64,000 bases of DNA from Candidatus Binatus sp. GTDB taxonomy: Bacteria > Desulfobacterota > Binatia > Binatales > Binataceae. Position numbers and translations under genes: made by a program. The notes under the pieces are model-generated. The model had not been told where the DNA came from. It was given only the letters and a program-made list of their open reading frames with translations, and made no database searches. How positions within the stretch are numbered: the first letter of the stretch is position 1; the number at the start of each line of letters is the position of its first letter. The stretch lies in NCBI RefSeq assembly GCF_030646925.1, contig NZ_JAUSKL010000027.1:1119-65118 (forward strand), read 5' to 3'. Positions 1 through 9,641 of the stretch are shown in pieces.

Positions 1-212
1 CCCGACCGGCAGCAGGCACAAGGCGCAGGGGTGCAGAGCAATCCGGTCTCGCCGGGCGGTTCGCGCGCGGGTGCTGCGTTGCAAAGACTTAAACTGGCTG
101 GCCCGCGGCTCGCGTCGAACAGCCCAACGCAAACGGCCGCCGGCAAAAGCGCATTGATCAGCAGTGCCGTGCAGGTGACCCCAGCAAAGGACCGACCGCA
201 GGCCTGACTGCT

Positions 213-1175
213 TCATTGCGCTGCGCCCCGAAGCTGCAGCGCTTGTCCGGTCGGCGCAGCGACGAGCGCGGCACAGGCCGGTGGCAGGTTGCCAAGCCGC
301 AGCGGTTTTCGGGGTGACGGTCGCGGGTGACGCGCCTCTTCGGTGAACCACCAATCGAGCTCCTTGCCGCAACCGTCGCCTGGCGGCGGCGGTGTTTGCC
401 CGCGACATTGACGGCTGCCGCTCGGGCAGGAAAGCCTGACATGGAAATGGTAATTGTGCCCCCACCACGGCCGAATCTTGGCCATCCAGGCCCGCTCCGG
501 CCCGCCCTCGCGGCACAGCGCGCGCTTGATCGCCGCGTTGACAAAAACGCGCTCCACCAAGGGCTCTCGGGCGACCGCCTCCAGCAGAAGACGATGCTGC
601 GGTGTGCAGACCGTCGGGTCGATATCCATCCCCTCCCCCGCGACAACGTCTGTTGCCGAGATGCCGTCCCGCTCGGCCGGGCTGAGCCGCCGATTTGGCA
701 TTGGCGTCAGCCAAATATCGACATCGAGCCCGATCTGGTGTGAGCCGTGGCCGGTCAGCATCGGTCCGCCGCGCGGCTGCGCGATATCACCGACCAGAAG
801 CCCGGGCCAGCCGGCCTCACCCGGCAGTTTCTGCGCCAACCGCTCGAGAAAGGCGATCAGGACCGGGTGGCCCCAGGCGCGGTTGCGTGACGGGCGCATG
901 ACCTGCCAGTTCGGCCCGTCGGCACGCAGTGCGATGGCGCCGCTTAGACAGCCGCGTTCATAGGACCCGATCGCCTGCGGCGGTCCGGCCGCCGGCGTAC
1001 TCTCACGTCCGAACAAAACTTGCGCCGCATCCGGCGGCAACTGTGCTATCGCCATAGCGCGGCGCGACGCCTCTTCCGCGCCAGTGTCCTGCGCCGAAGC
1101 CTCTCCGCGGCCGAGATGGGCCAAGAGCGTCAACACGCCACACAGGAAGATGCTTTTAATAACTGCGACTCTCAT
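213..1175 (-). CDS. mepA: penicillin-insensitive murein endopeptidase (MepA-like)
   Basis: Part of ORF 213..1340. An internal ATG at 1175 precedes a signal-peptide-like stretch, MRVAVIKSIFLCGVLTLLAHL. The motifs GHGSHQIGLDVDIW and WWGHNYHFHVRL are typical of MepA. Confidence 0.8.
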   Translation of the reverse strand: MRVAVIKSIFLCGVLTLLAHLGRGEASAQDTGAEEASRRAMAIAQLPPDAAQVLFGRESTPAAGPPQAIGSYERGCLSGAIALRADGPNWQVMRPSRNRAWGHPVLIAFLERLAQKLPGEAGWPGLLVGDIAQPRGGPMLTGHGSHQIGLDVDIWLTPMPNRRLSPAERDGISATDVVAGEGMDIDPTVCTPQHRLLLEAVAREPLVERVFVNAAIKRALCREGGPERAWMAKIRPWWGHNYHFHVRLSCPSGSRQCRGQTPPPPGDGCGKELDWWFTEEARHPRPSPRKPLRLGNLPPACAALVAAPTGQALQLRGAAQ

Positions 1176-1492
1176 ACGAGTTCGTCCAAAGTTCCGCCCA
1201 AGGCGGGCAAGATCGGATTCACTCGACGGCCGGTGATCGCCGTACTTCAGCAGAATCACCACGGCATTGCGGCTCTCGAGCCGCTCGCCGAGCGCGAGGC
1301 TCGTTTGCCATGGCACGGCATCGTCGCAGATGCCGTGCACCGGCCGCGCTGGAAGCGGAGCACGATAGGTTGATGCATCACGAGGTGGCGTTCGCCGTCT
1401 TCCAAAAGCCCGAGTCGGTAGGAATGCCCGTCGGGATCGTATTTTGGCGGCAACGTGATTTCACCGGTCGCCGCAATCCGGCTGAGGCTATT
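1176..1492 (-). pseudogene. 3' remnant of an alpha/beta-hydrolase gene (N-terminal half missing, one frameshift, no stop of its own)
   Basis: Two frames together read EITLPPKYDPDGHSYRLGLLEDGERHLVMHQPIVLRFQRG / VHGICDDAVPWQTSLALGERLESRNAVVILLKYGDHR, the HG..D..VP and GDH catalytic-His region of alpha/beta hydrolases. The frames switch near 1341-1344 in a C run. The frame only opens at 1492, after a TAG at 1495..1493, and runs without a stop into mepA. Confidence 0.55.
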
Positions 1493-1555
1493 CTATACTG
1501 GCCCCGAAGTTTTGCAGGATAGTACAAGCACCTAGCTCTTGCGGCTCCCAGCCAC

Positions 1556-4500
1556 CTACTTTCGGCGCACAGCGCGGCCCAGGTCGACCGCTCGCACAAA
1601 CCCGTCGTCGGTGTCCCTCTGAAAGCTCTTCCCCTTGGGTACCATCGCGCCCGCGGTCAGGTAGTCGCTTGGTCGGCATGTGAACACAACGATCTGAAAG
1701 TTGCGGGCCTTCTCGGCGAGCAGTGCGCGGAACCATTCCATCCGCGTACCGTCACTCTGTACCAGCTGATCGTCGAGCACGATAGTTGTAGATAGGTACT
1801 CTGCAAGGGCCAACCGGTACAATGTCGAGAGTTGCTCGCGAGTACCGACTGATATGCGGTCCGTTGGTCTAATCGCACCCGCGACCGCGACCCCTTCCGT
1901 CCCGAGTTCCGCGTTGATCTGGACGTTCTGGTAGCGACGCTGTGTCAAATCCTCGAAGCGGCTCGCGATGGCGGGTGCGAGCGTCTGGCCGAGGTTGCTC
2001 GCCTGCGCCACATCGGCCTCTTTCATCTGCTCAAGCAGCAACTGCCACGCATCATATTCCGCCTCGATTTCCCGCTCCTGGCGCTCCGCCGACTCGCACG
2101 CCTCGCTCGCGTCCCGCAGTCGCTCGCGCGCAACGGCGCCACCCACTTGCTCAAGCGCACCGTGCGTCCGATCGATCTCCCGCTGAATCGCTTCGAGACC
2201 CGACTCCGCCGACGTCTTGGCGCCCCGCGCAGCGTCGACTTCGGCCTCGGTCACGATTCGATCCGGGACCGGCATCGCGGCCCGTCTATCCGTTGCGCTT
2301 TTCAATCTGGACTCGGCGGCGGCGAGGTCCTGCGCGTCTCGCAGTTTTCGCAATTCTTCGAGGCGGCCGACTTGCAACGAGTGCGCAGTGATCGCGTTCG
2401 TTCGCTCCGTAGATGCGGCGTCGAGCTTGGTTTGTGCTCGTTCCGCGCTAGCGCGAGCTTCGCGGATTGCCGCTTCCACCCGAGCATTCTGTGCTGCGAT
2501 CGTGCTCTCATACGAGGCGAGTTCCGCCGCGACCTTCCGTTGCTCGCCCGCCGCGGCCGCTAGCGCAGCTTGAGCACCACCTAGCGTCGCAGCCACCCCT
2601 TCAGGAAAAGCGGTCAAAGCGGCATTCCGCGCGACGACCGCACCGTTCAGCGCTATCGCCGAATTCTTGGCGCGTTCTTCCGCCAGAGTGTGCGCGTTAC
2701 CGGCCTGAAGCGTAGTCGCGCGAGCCTGCTCAATCTCTTTCGACGCTCGCTGTCGGCGCTCTCGTAACGCTTGCGATGGCTCAGCGCCGAGCGCAGCCAG
2801 CTCGGGAAGGAGTGTTTCAAGGGCTACGTGTCCGAGCGCGGCGCGGCACGCCTTTTTGCGGTCGAGCGCCTCGCGCAGCTTTTGCGCCGTATCGATCAGC
2901 GAATCGATCTCCGCCTGCAGCGACTGCAACTCCGCGGCCTTCGCCTTGATGCTCGCCTCCAGCGTTTGCGACTCCGTGATCTTCGCGCTCAGGCCGTCGA
3001 GGTCCGCAACCTTGGCCGCCGCCAGATGTGGCTCGACCTCGCTTCTCCAACGACCTTCCAGCGCTTCGGCTGTCCGTTGTGCGTCGCGGCGCCCGCCCCG
3101 GATGCGCACAGTTGCGACATCGCCGATATCGAGGTCCACCTCGGCATCGGCTTCGACCTCCAACGTTGCACCAGATCGCGTCGGGTTCGCCGCCGTCCCA
3201 TCGTTTGTCACCCTGACCTCGATCGGGCGGTTCGGTGTGACCGTTACCACGAGACCGACATTGAGCGCGCCGCGGGCTCCGGCGAGATCGTTGGCGAGCT
3301 GGCGCATCGGACTCAGCGTATCGGCCGGCGGAACGACGATTGCCTCGCGTCGTTTCTGCAGCGCCTCGCGTTCGCTTGCTCCCGCTTCGAGGCGCGCTTG
3401 AAGGTTCGCGCGCCGGTCCACCTCGGCTTGCGCGGAGGTGACGCGATCGTCGGCATCGCGGGCCTCGAGCGCCCGTTGAAGTAGATCTATCCTGCCAACC
3501 TGCTCGTCGGCAGAATGTTCTTTAGCGGCCGCGTCGGCCAGCGCTACCTGCGCTTTTTCAGCTGCTGCCTGTTGAGCGCGATTCTCACGATCGGCGGCCG
3601 TCGCCGCATCGACGAGCTTCTGCGCGCTCGTCGCGCTATCGATCTTGCTTTGTGCCTCGTTCGACGCCTGGTCTGCCGCGACCTTTCTCAACTCCAGAGT
3701 CTGGCGAGCGACCGTGTCGGTCATGGCGGAATCAGATCCAGCAGCTTTCTTTGCGGATTCGAAGGCGGCATCCGCTTGTTCTTTCTGTAACTGCGCGACC
3801 TTCAGCGCCTGCTCTGCTGCCTCGAGCTTTCGACCGAGCTCTCCGACGCTTCGCTCCGCCGCATCCGCGTCGGCTATGATCTTCTGGATACGCAGCACCT
3901 CTTCGCGCGCTGCGCTTACCAGCCCGTCGGCTTCGTTAAGATCGGCGGCCTGCGCTGCGAGCTTTTCAGCAGTTGCAAGCTGCGCTGTCGCGACCGCCAC
4001 CGCCTCTTCGCGATCGCCGCGCTTCGACGTGAACTCGCGCAACTGCTTCTCGACACCTTCCGAATCCTCGACCAGTTTCTGGAGATCCTCCCTTTCCACC
4101 CTCGCCTGGTTCACGCGCGTCGCGGCGCGCTGGAATACGCTTCCCTTTGCGGTCTTCCTCGCGCCCCTATCGGTGAACGCCTCGTCGCGTCTTGCCTGCG
4201 TGGCTCGAAGCATCGCGGTGAAGAGAGGATCCTGTATCGCCGCCTGTAGCGCAGCCGCAATCAGTTCCCGTCCGGTGCCGCTCGGATCGCCTTGCAAGCT
4301 TTCGTTAAGGACGGCAGTCACCTCCGATTGCGTCGACAGCAGTGCGGTCGCAAGAAAGCTGGTCGGCAGCCCTCTGCCGCCTCCCGAGCCGCCCGGCTCC
4401 GGGATGCCCCATCGCAGGAGGTCACGGAGCCTGCCGTCCACTTTCCGCGCACGCTCGACATCGTCGAAATCCTTGCCGTTTTTCGACTCCTGCAACAACG

Positions 4501-4780
4501 CGGCGCCGCCTTTTCGGAATTCCTTCCTGACTCGCCAGATTCGCTGCTGCTCCGTCTCGAAAGTGAGTTCGACCACCGGATCGCGACCGCCGGTCCAGGG
4601 GACGTAGCCGTCGATGTGGGTCGAGGTGTGAGGAAGGAGCAACGCCAATCGGATTGCCTCTCCAAGCGTGGACTTGCCAAGATCGTTCGGGCCGTACAGC
4701 ACGTTGAGCCCCGGACCGAACTCGATATCCGCGTTCGTGATCGCCGCAAAGTCGGCAACATGCAGGCGAAGGAGCTTCAA
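1556..4780 (-). CDS. SMC-like coiled-coil ATPase (Rad50/SbcC/YhaN-type)
   Basis: Uninterrupted 1074-aa ORF. Walker A is GPNDLGKST near the N-terminus. More than 600 aa are A/E/R/Q-rich coiled-coil. The C-terminus carries a signature-like ISVGTREQLSTLYRLALA and a Walker B, TTIVLDDQL. The TTG start overlaps the upstream stop (TTGA). Confidence 0.85.
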   Translation of the reverse strand: MKLLRLHVADFAAITNADIEFGPGLNVLYGPNDLGKSTLGEAIRLALLLPHTSTHIDGYVPWTGGRDPVVELTFETEQQRIWRVRKEFRKGGAALLQESKNGKDFDDVERARKVDGRLRDLLRWGIPEPGGSGGGRGLPTSFLATALLSTQSEVTAVLNESLQGDPSGTGRELIAAALQAAIQDPLFTAMLRATQARRDEAFTDRGARKTAKGSVFQRAATRVNQARVEREDLQKLVEDSEGVEKQLREFTSKRGDREEAVAVATAQLATAEKLAAQAADLNEADGLVSAAREEVLRIQKIIADADAAERSVGELGRKLEAAEQALKVAQLQKEQADAAFESAKKAAGSDSAMTDTVARQTLELRKVAADQASNEAQSKIDSATSAQKLVDAATAADRENRAQQAAAEKAQVALADAAAKEHSADEQVGRIDLLQRALEARDADDRVTSAQAEVDRRANLQARLEAGASEREALQKRREAIVVPPADTLSPMRQLANDLAGARGALNVGLVVTVTPNRPIEVRVTNDGTAANPTRSGATLEVEADAEVDLDIGDVATVRIRGGRRDAQRTAEALEGRWRSEVEPHLAAAKVADLDGLSAKITESQTLEASIKAKAAELQSLQAEIDSLIDTAQKLREALDRKKACRAALGHVALETLLPELAALGAEPSQALRERRQRASKEIEQARATTLQAGNAHTLAEERAKNSAIALNGAVVARNAALTAFPEGVAATLGGAQAALAAAAGEQRKVAAELASYESTIAAQNARVEAAIREARASAERAQTKLDAASTERTNAITAHSLQVGRLEELRKLRDAQDLAAAESRLKSATDRRAAMPVPDRIVTEAEVDAARGAKTSAESGLEAIQREIDRTHGALEQVGGAVARERLRDASEACESAERQEREIEAEYDAWQLLLEQMKEADVAQASNLGQTLAPAIASRFEDLTQRRYQNVQINAELGTEGVAVAGAIRPTDRISVGTREQLSTLYRLALAEYLSTTIVLDDQLVQSDGTRMEWFRALLAEKARNFQIVVFTCRPSDYLTAGAMVPKGKSFQRDTDDGFVRAVDLGRAVRRK

Positions 4781-5940
4781 AGCGCGCGACCCGGAGGGCC
4801 CTCCTGGCTCTGCAGCAGCTTGTACAAGTGCGCGAGCGCGCGAGTTGCACGCGACCGCTCGGCCTCGTCAATCGAGTCTTCGATTAAGCGGTCGAGCCGC
4901 GCGATAGTGTCCCTTAGCACCGGCGGCAGATCGTCCGGGAAGATTCCTCCGGAACCGGCTTGCAACTTCAGGTTGGCTTTGTCCACCAAGAGGACGCCGG
5001 CGCGGCCATGGGTGGCGTCGGTGCCTTCAAGGTCACGCAAGATGCGCTCGACCTCGCTCTCCTCGGCAACGGACACCGTCATGTCCAGATGCAGCCTGAC
5101 CACGTGGCGCTCGAGGTCTGGCGTGGTCATAAATGTGCGCAACTCGTTGAGGTCGCGGCATCGCTGGTCGATCCAGCGCCAGAACGCCACCGGCTCGCGA
5201 GAAACGCGAGGCCGCGTCCCATGCCTGAAGAGCGCGACGAGTGCCACGTAGCCGGCATCGGGCTCGTCGAAGGTCGTGGGTTCGGGTGCACCGGGGTAAA
5301 TGGTCGGGACCGGCGAAGACGCGGTGACGTCGCGAAACGAATGCGTGTCGCCAATCGCGAGATAATCGAGCCCGCGATGCACGCCCGCATCCCGACAAAT
5401 CGGGAAGTTGGTCTGATAGCCGTCCATGTCGAACGTGCTGCCATGGACGCATCCGATTCGTATTCGTGCGTCACCCGGTTCGCGCGCGGGAAGCGACATC
5501 GCGAGGTCGTTCTCGCCTGCCTTGGACCGGCACGGTCTCGCATAGAGGATTGCGCCAGGCGCAAGGTCATAGAAAAACTCGTCATCATCGACGACGTGCA
5601 CCCACTTAGGAAGTTGCGATCGAAACGGGTGACTCTTCGCCCACACCGACTCGGAGGTAAGCGGATCGTGATTGCCCGGCACCAGGAAGACTGGGGGATG
5701 AGTGCCGCCTTGATTGCGAAACGTCACGGCCAGCCCCTCCCAGAAATCCTGGGCTGGAGTAGGGTCGTCGAACAGGTCGCCGGCGCATAGCACCGCGTCG
5801 ACCGCATTCCGCCGAGCGACATCCAGGATGGTCGCGATCACATCCATCCGCGCGCGCGACAGCTTCTGCTGCGCCTCCTCGGGGAAGGACGGAAACCGCC
5901 GCCCGAGATGCCAATCCGCAGTGTGCAGGATCTTCAGCAC
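4777..5940 (-). CDS. calcineurin-like metallophosphoesterase (Mre11/SbcD-type nuclease)
   Basis: Ordered motifs DWHLG, GDLFD, GNHD, GCVHG and GDTH. I place the start at GTG 5940..5938, which overlaps the helicase stop (TAGTG). The ORF-track ATG at 6039 would overlap the helicase by 100 nt. Confidence 0.85.
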   Translation of the reverse strand: MLKILHTADWHLGRRFPSFPEEAQQKLSRARMDVIATILDVARRNAVDAVLCAGDLFDDPTPAQDFWEGLAVTFRNQGGTHPPVFLVPGNHDPLTSESVWAKSHPFRSQLPKWVHVVDDDEFFYDLAPGAILYARPCRSKAGENDLAMSLPAREPGDARIRIGCVHGSTFDMDGYQTNFPICRDAGVHRGLDYLAIGDTHSFRDVTASSPVPTIYPGAPEPTTFDEPDAGYVALVALFRHGTRPRVSREPVAFWRWIDQRCRDLNELRTFMTTPDLERHVVRLHLDMTVSVAEESEVERILRDLEGTDATHGRAGVLLVDKANLKLQAGSGGIFPDDLPPVLRDTIARLDRLIEDSIDEAERSRATRALAHLYKLLQSQEGPPGRAL

Positions 5941-8924
5941 TACGCCTTCCGATTCATCGGCGCGATCCGGAACGCCACCTGGAACAGCCGGGTTGCGTTT
6001 GGGGCTCGGTACCGAAGCTCGTGATATTCGTTTCGCCATTTTCGATAGACCTCGTCCGCCCTGGAATCCAAAGCGTCGATCCGGCGTTCCAGCAGATCGG
6101 CCGTTATCGCCAGACGATTGATCTCCTCCTCGACTCGCTCGCGCGCGGTGGCGCCGACCACCGCATCACGCCGAGCCTTCGCGGAATCCAGCTTGTCGAG
6201 GATACTCGCCCGCTCGCGCCGGCTGACCAGGACCTTGTCGTCGACGAATCGTTCGAGCTGACCAATCGCCAGCTCGAAATGCTTTTGCTCACGCTTCTCA
6301 GTCTCGCGTTGATCGACAAAGATGGCCTCGTCGATCGCGTCGTCCAGCTCCTGCGGGTCAACAGTGACGCTGACTGTCTGACTATCGCTCGCCTTTAACC
6401 GCGCGATCCGGGCGGCCACCTCGGGATCGATCGGCATACCATCGACCACGCTACCGAAGATCAGGCGCTGTACCGGCTCGAAGCCGGCGTAATCGACCAT
6501 TGCGACGGCGAGGACGCCAATCTTTCCGGCCATCGCAGCGAGGTCCGGAGTAGCGTCGCGCGGGAGCATCAACTCGATCGATCCGCCCGGCCAGGCACGG
6601 GCATCTGCTATCGCCGCACGAACGAGCGGATGCGCGAGATTCAACGGCTCGGCGTCGATCAAGCCTCTGGCGTCGCCAGTCGCGAACCGACGACCCTCTC
6701 CGATCTCTGCAGGTAGTTCGGCGCTCGGCGCGATTTCGAACACTACCCGGCCCGACTTTTCGAAACGCTTATGAGCGATAGCGCCTGAAGCAAGGTAGCC
6801 TTCCACTAGGTCGGCGATATCACGGTCCAACTGCACGAGTCCCTCGGGAAGGTCCTCCCGCAAGCGTTTGAAAACCTTCCGCACGTCTTCATCGAACCGC
6901 GACTCGATAATCTGCGAGGTGCGTTGATATTCCTTTTCGTAAGCGTCCCTTCGGCCATCGATCTTGTCCCTCAATGCAGCAATCTCGCGCGTCACCTCGT
7001 CCAGCGTCCGCGACCGGCTATAAATGTTCCGGAGATCAGACTCGAACTCGAGAGAGAGAGCCGACACGACTATTTCGGGCGCGTCAGTGCGCGGTTCATG
7101 CAAAACCACATCGGAGGCATCGAGCACTCTTCCGAACAGGTCGAGTTTCTGACTCAGGATTTCAAAAGTCAGACGATGCGCTTCATTGTCCTTCGCTATG
7201 AAATTAACGACGGTCACGTCGCGTTGCTGGCTGTAGCGATGGCATCGCCCGATACGTTGCTCGATCCGCTGCGGGTTCCACGGCAAGTCGTAATTGATGA
7301 CCGTCTCGCAGAACTGAAGGTTGAGCCCCTTCGCACCAGCCTCCGTGCACACCAGCACCTTCGACCGCGTGCGGAACTCGTGAACGAGTGCCAGCCGCAC
7401 CGCGACTTCGCGTGTCGGTCGAGAACCCGGCGCAAGTTTGCTCCCCTCTTCCTCCAACCAGCGGGCGTGCGCTTGCTGCGCGCGTGCACCATCATTCGTG
7501 CCGCGGAATAGGGTGATTTCCTCGTCAGCCAGGCCAATACCGAGGAGTAGCTTCCGCAGGTACTCCTGGGTGGTGATGGACTCGGTGAACACCACCGCCT
7601 TGCCACTGCCGCGACCATCACGACCGAGATCGAGCACGACCCGGATAGCGTCCTGGAACGAGCGCGCTTTGGCATCGTGCGGAAGGGATTGTGCTCGAGC
7701 GACAAAGTCATCCACCAGAGCTAACTCGGCGGCGACCGCTTCATGATTGACCGGGACCGGCGCCTCCTCGGTGGATTCTTCCACCTCCTGATCCTCTTCC
7801 AGGTCGTCGAGCACCTCGGTCGCTTCGCCGATAACCGGTTGACCGGCGCCGAGGCGCCGGAGTCTCGCAGCTACGTTCTCGAGGCTCGCAGCAAGGGCTG
7901 GAATCGAGGACGCCATGCGGCGATGAAATCCAATCAGCAGCAAGCGCCGTTGTCGTCCGGCGAAAGCATACAATGTCGGCTGGAGGAGGTACTCGGTCAC
8001 GTCGTCGTAGAGCGAACGTTCGTCGTCGCTCATCGCGTACTCGTAAAGACGGCATCGGCGTTGCGTAAACGGCCGATCGAGAAACTCCTGCGCCTGGCGG
8101 CGCAACGTCCGCTGGAGCACCATCGCCAATCGCCGTTGCAGCTCGTGCTCCTGGCCGGGGATCAGCGTTCGGTCGTCCTCACTGCAGAACACCTGGCGAA
8201 ACGTCGTGATGTCCCCGAGCAAAGTGCCCGTCGGTTCCACGTACTGCACGAGGCCCCATAACTCAGCCAGCGAGTTCTGCATCGGAGTCGCGGTCAGCAG
8301 CAGCACCGGCGCCGTGCGCAGGAAGCCGCGCACCCGATGCGCCATCAGCGCCTCGATTGAGGTTTCGTCGTAGAGTCCGTCGCGTCCGTAGCGCTTGTGC
8401 AGGCCCGCAAAGATCTCGTGGGCCTCGTCGATAATCACCAGATCAAACGGTAAGACGGCGCCAAGCAGCCCGGCACCACGTTCACTCCCTGCGAACTCGC
8501 GCCCGACCAGGTAAACTCCGGGTCCGGAAAAGTCGGCCCGGTCCTCGCGAGCTTGAATGCCGAATAGATTGAGGAGTTCGTCCTGCCACTGCCCGATCAG
8601 TGACTTGGGAACAATTAGTAAGACGCGCTTTGCACCTTCGGCTAGGCTTTGCGCGAGCACCAGCCCCGCCTCGATCGTCTTTCCCAGTCCTACCTCGTCA
8701 GCAAGGATGCAACCGCCCTCGCGCAGGCGCCGAAGCGCGAAAATCACTGCGTCGATCTGATGCGGATTCGGGTCGATTCGCGCCTGCCGCTGCGACGACG
8801 CGTAGCGTTCCCGGTCATCCGGGCGGCGGACACGGACGAGATCCTCGGCCAGAATGCGCCGATTGAAAGCATGGAGGGTCCCGCTATTTCGTCCCGCCGG
8901 CACGGTCTTATTCCGCGAACGCAT
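5940..8924 (-). CDS. SNF2-family helicase/translocase with a long C-terminal extension
   Basis: Uninterrupted 994-aa ORF. Motifs seen: ILADEVGLGKT (motif I), VIIDEAHE (DEAH), LLLTATPMQNSLAELW, VLVCTEAGAKGLNLQ and NYDLPWNPQRIEQRIGRCHRYSQ. About 400 aa lie C-terminal of the helicase core and are partly coiled-coil. Confidence 0.9.
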   Translation of the reverse strand: MRSRNKTVPAGRNSGTLHAFNRRILAEDLVRVRRPDDRERYASSQRQARIDPNPHQIDAVIFALRRLREGGCILADEVGLGKTIEAGLVLAQSLAEGAKRVLLIVPKSLIGQWQDELLNLFGIQAREDRADFSGPGVYLVGREFAGSERGAGLLGAVLPFDLVIIDEAHEIFAGLHKRYGRDGLYDETSIEALMAHRVRGFLRTAPVLLLTATPMQNSLAELWGLVQYVEPTGTLLGDITTFRQVFCSEDDRTLIPGQEHELQRRLAMVLQRTLRRQAQEFLDRPFTQRRCRLYEYAMSDDERSLYDDVTEYLLQPTLYAFAGRQRRLLLIGFHRRMASSIPALAASLENVAARLRRLGAGQPVIGEATEVLDDLEEDQEVEESTEEAPVPVNHEAVAAELALVDDFVARAQSLPHDAKARSFQDAIRVVLDLGRDGRGSGKAVVFTESITTQEYLRKLLLGIGLADEEITLFRGTNDGARAQQAHARWLEEEGSKLAPGSRPTREVAVRLALVHEFRTRSKVLVCTEAGAKGLNLQFCETVINYDLPWNPQRIEQRIGRCHRYSQQRDVTVVNFIAKDNEAHRLTFEILSQKLDLFGRVLDASDVVLHEPRTDAPEIVVSALSLEFESDLRNIYSRSRTLDEVTREIAALRDKIDGRRDAYEKEYQRTSQIIESRFDEDVRKVFKRLREDLPEGLVQLDRDIADLVEGYLASGAIAHKRFEKSGRVVFEIAPSAELPAEIGEGRRFATGDARGLIDAEPLNLAHPLVRAAIADARAWPGGSIELMLPRDATPDLAAMAGKIGVLAVAMVDYAGFEPVQRLIFGSVVDGMPIDPEVAARIARLKASDSQTVSVTVDPQELDDAIDEAIFVDQRETEKREQKHFELAIGQLERFVDDKVLVSRRERASILDKLDSAKARRDAVVGATARERVEEEINRLAITADLLERRIDALDSRADEVYRKWRNEYHELRYRAPNATRLFQVAFRIAPMNRKA

Positions 8925-8930
8925 ACGCTG

Positions 8931-9641
8931 CTAGATCACGGGGGCAGCTATGCTCCGCCAGCCGTTGGAATAGTCGATCCTTGAATTCCATAATCGCTGA
9001 AACGTCTGCGCCGCAGAGCGCACCAATTCGGGGAGATCACGAACCTTGCGCAGATTCGGCGCGTTGATCGAATCATCGGTAAGCACGGCGCGGACCCCTC
9101 TCCAGCTTTCATTTATTCGCGATCGCGCGCCGTGTTCACGCTCGTGTTCTGTCGATCTTGCGTCGCAGTTTGTTCTCGACGTGCTGCGAATATTTAGCCA
9201 ATTCCTCCCCTGTGAGGCAAGCAATAGGCTATCATATGGAGCATCATAACAGATAAAAAGGGGCGGCGACCTCAATAAGTCGCAATCTATGAATTGGCTA
9301 ATAGGTCCCGCACCCCTCCTCTTCTTGGGCGCACCGCGGTTTGTTTGGATTGCTGCCATCGTATTGTTGATGGGAACCGCGGAAGATGCGATTCGGCTGT
9401 AACTCGTAGTATCGCGAGAGTATCGTCTGCATGAAGCTTTGATAAAGCGTTTTAATGACTTGCACGATGAGGGCATGATCTGGTCAACAAGCAGGGCACC
9501 CGACTTCGACGCCATGAGATTGCCTCTGTCGGGTCTAAGCGCGATGTTCGACCCTGATGTTCGTGGATCGTGCCAGGGGCGAATAATGGTTGCGCCAAAC
9601 TGTAACAGTGCCAAAGTTTCGTCCGCATTTTTGATCAACAC
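8931..9641 (-). CDS. hypothetical ORF upstream of the helicase (possibly only the last 51 codons are real)
   Basis: 236-aa ORF in a low-GC spacer, with its stop 7 nt before the helicase ATG. The 3' part, from GTG 9086 preceded by GGAGAGGGG, reads MLTDDSINAPNLRKVRDLPELVRSAAQTFQRLWNSRIDYSNGWRSIAAPVI and looks protein-like. The 5' part is R/S-rich and contains a promoter-like TTGCCT-18nt-TAAATA (9220..9191). I recognise no family. Confidence 0.25.
   Translation of the reverse strand: MLIKNADETLALLQFGATIIRPWHDPRTSGSNIALRPDRGNLMASKSGALLVDQIMPSSCKSLKRFIKASCRRYSRDTTSYSRIASSAVPINNTMAAIQTNRGAPKKRRGAGPISQFIDCDLLRSPPLFICYDAPYDSLLLASQGRNWLNIRSTSRTNCDARSTEHEREHGARSRINESWRGVRAVLTDDSINAPNLRKVRDLPELVRSAAQTFQRLWNSRIDYSNGWRSIAAPVI

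Noticed and set aside
213-1340. 375-aa ORF taken as one protein
   Set aside because: It is a fusion of a hydrolase C-terminal remnant with MepA. MepA has its own ATG and signal peptide at 1175.
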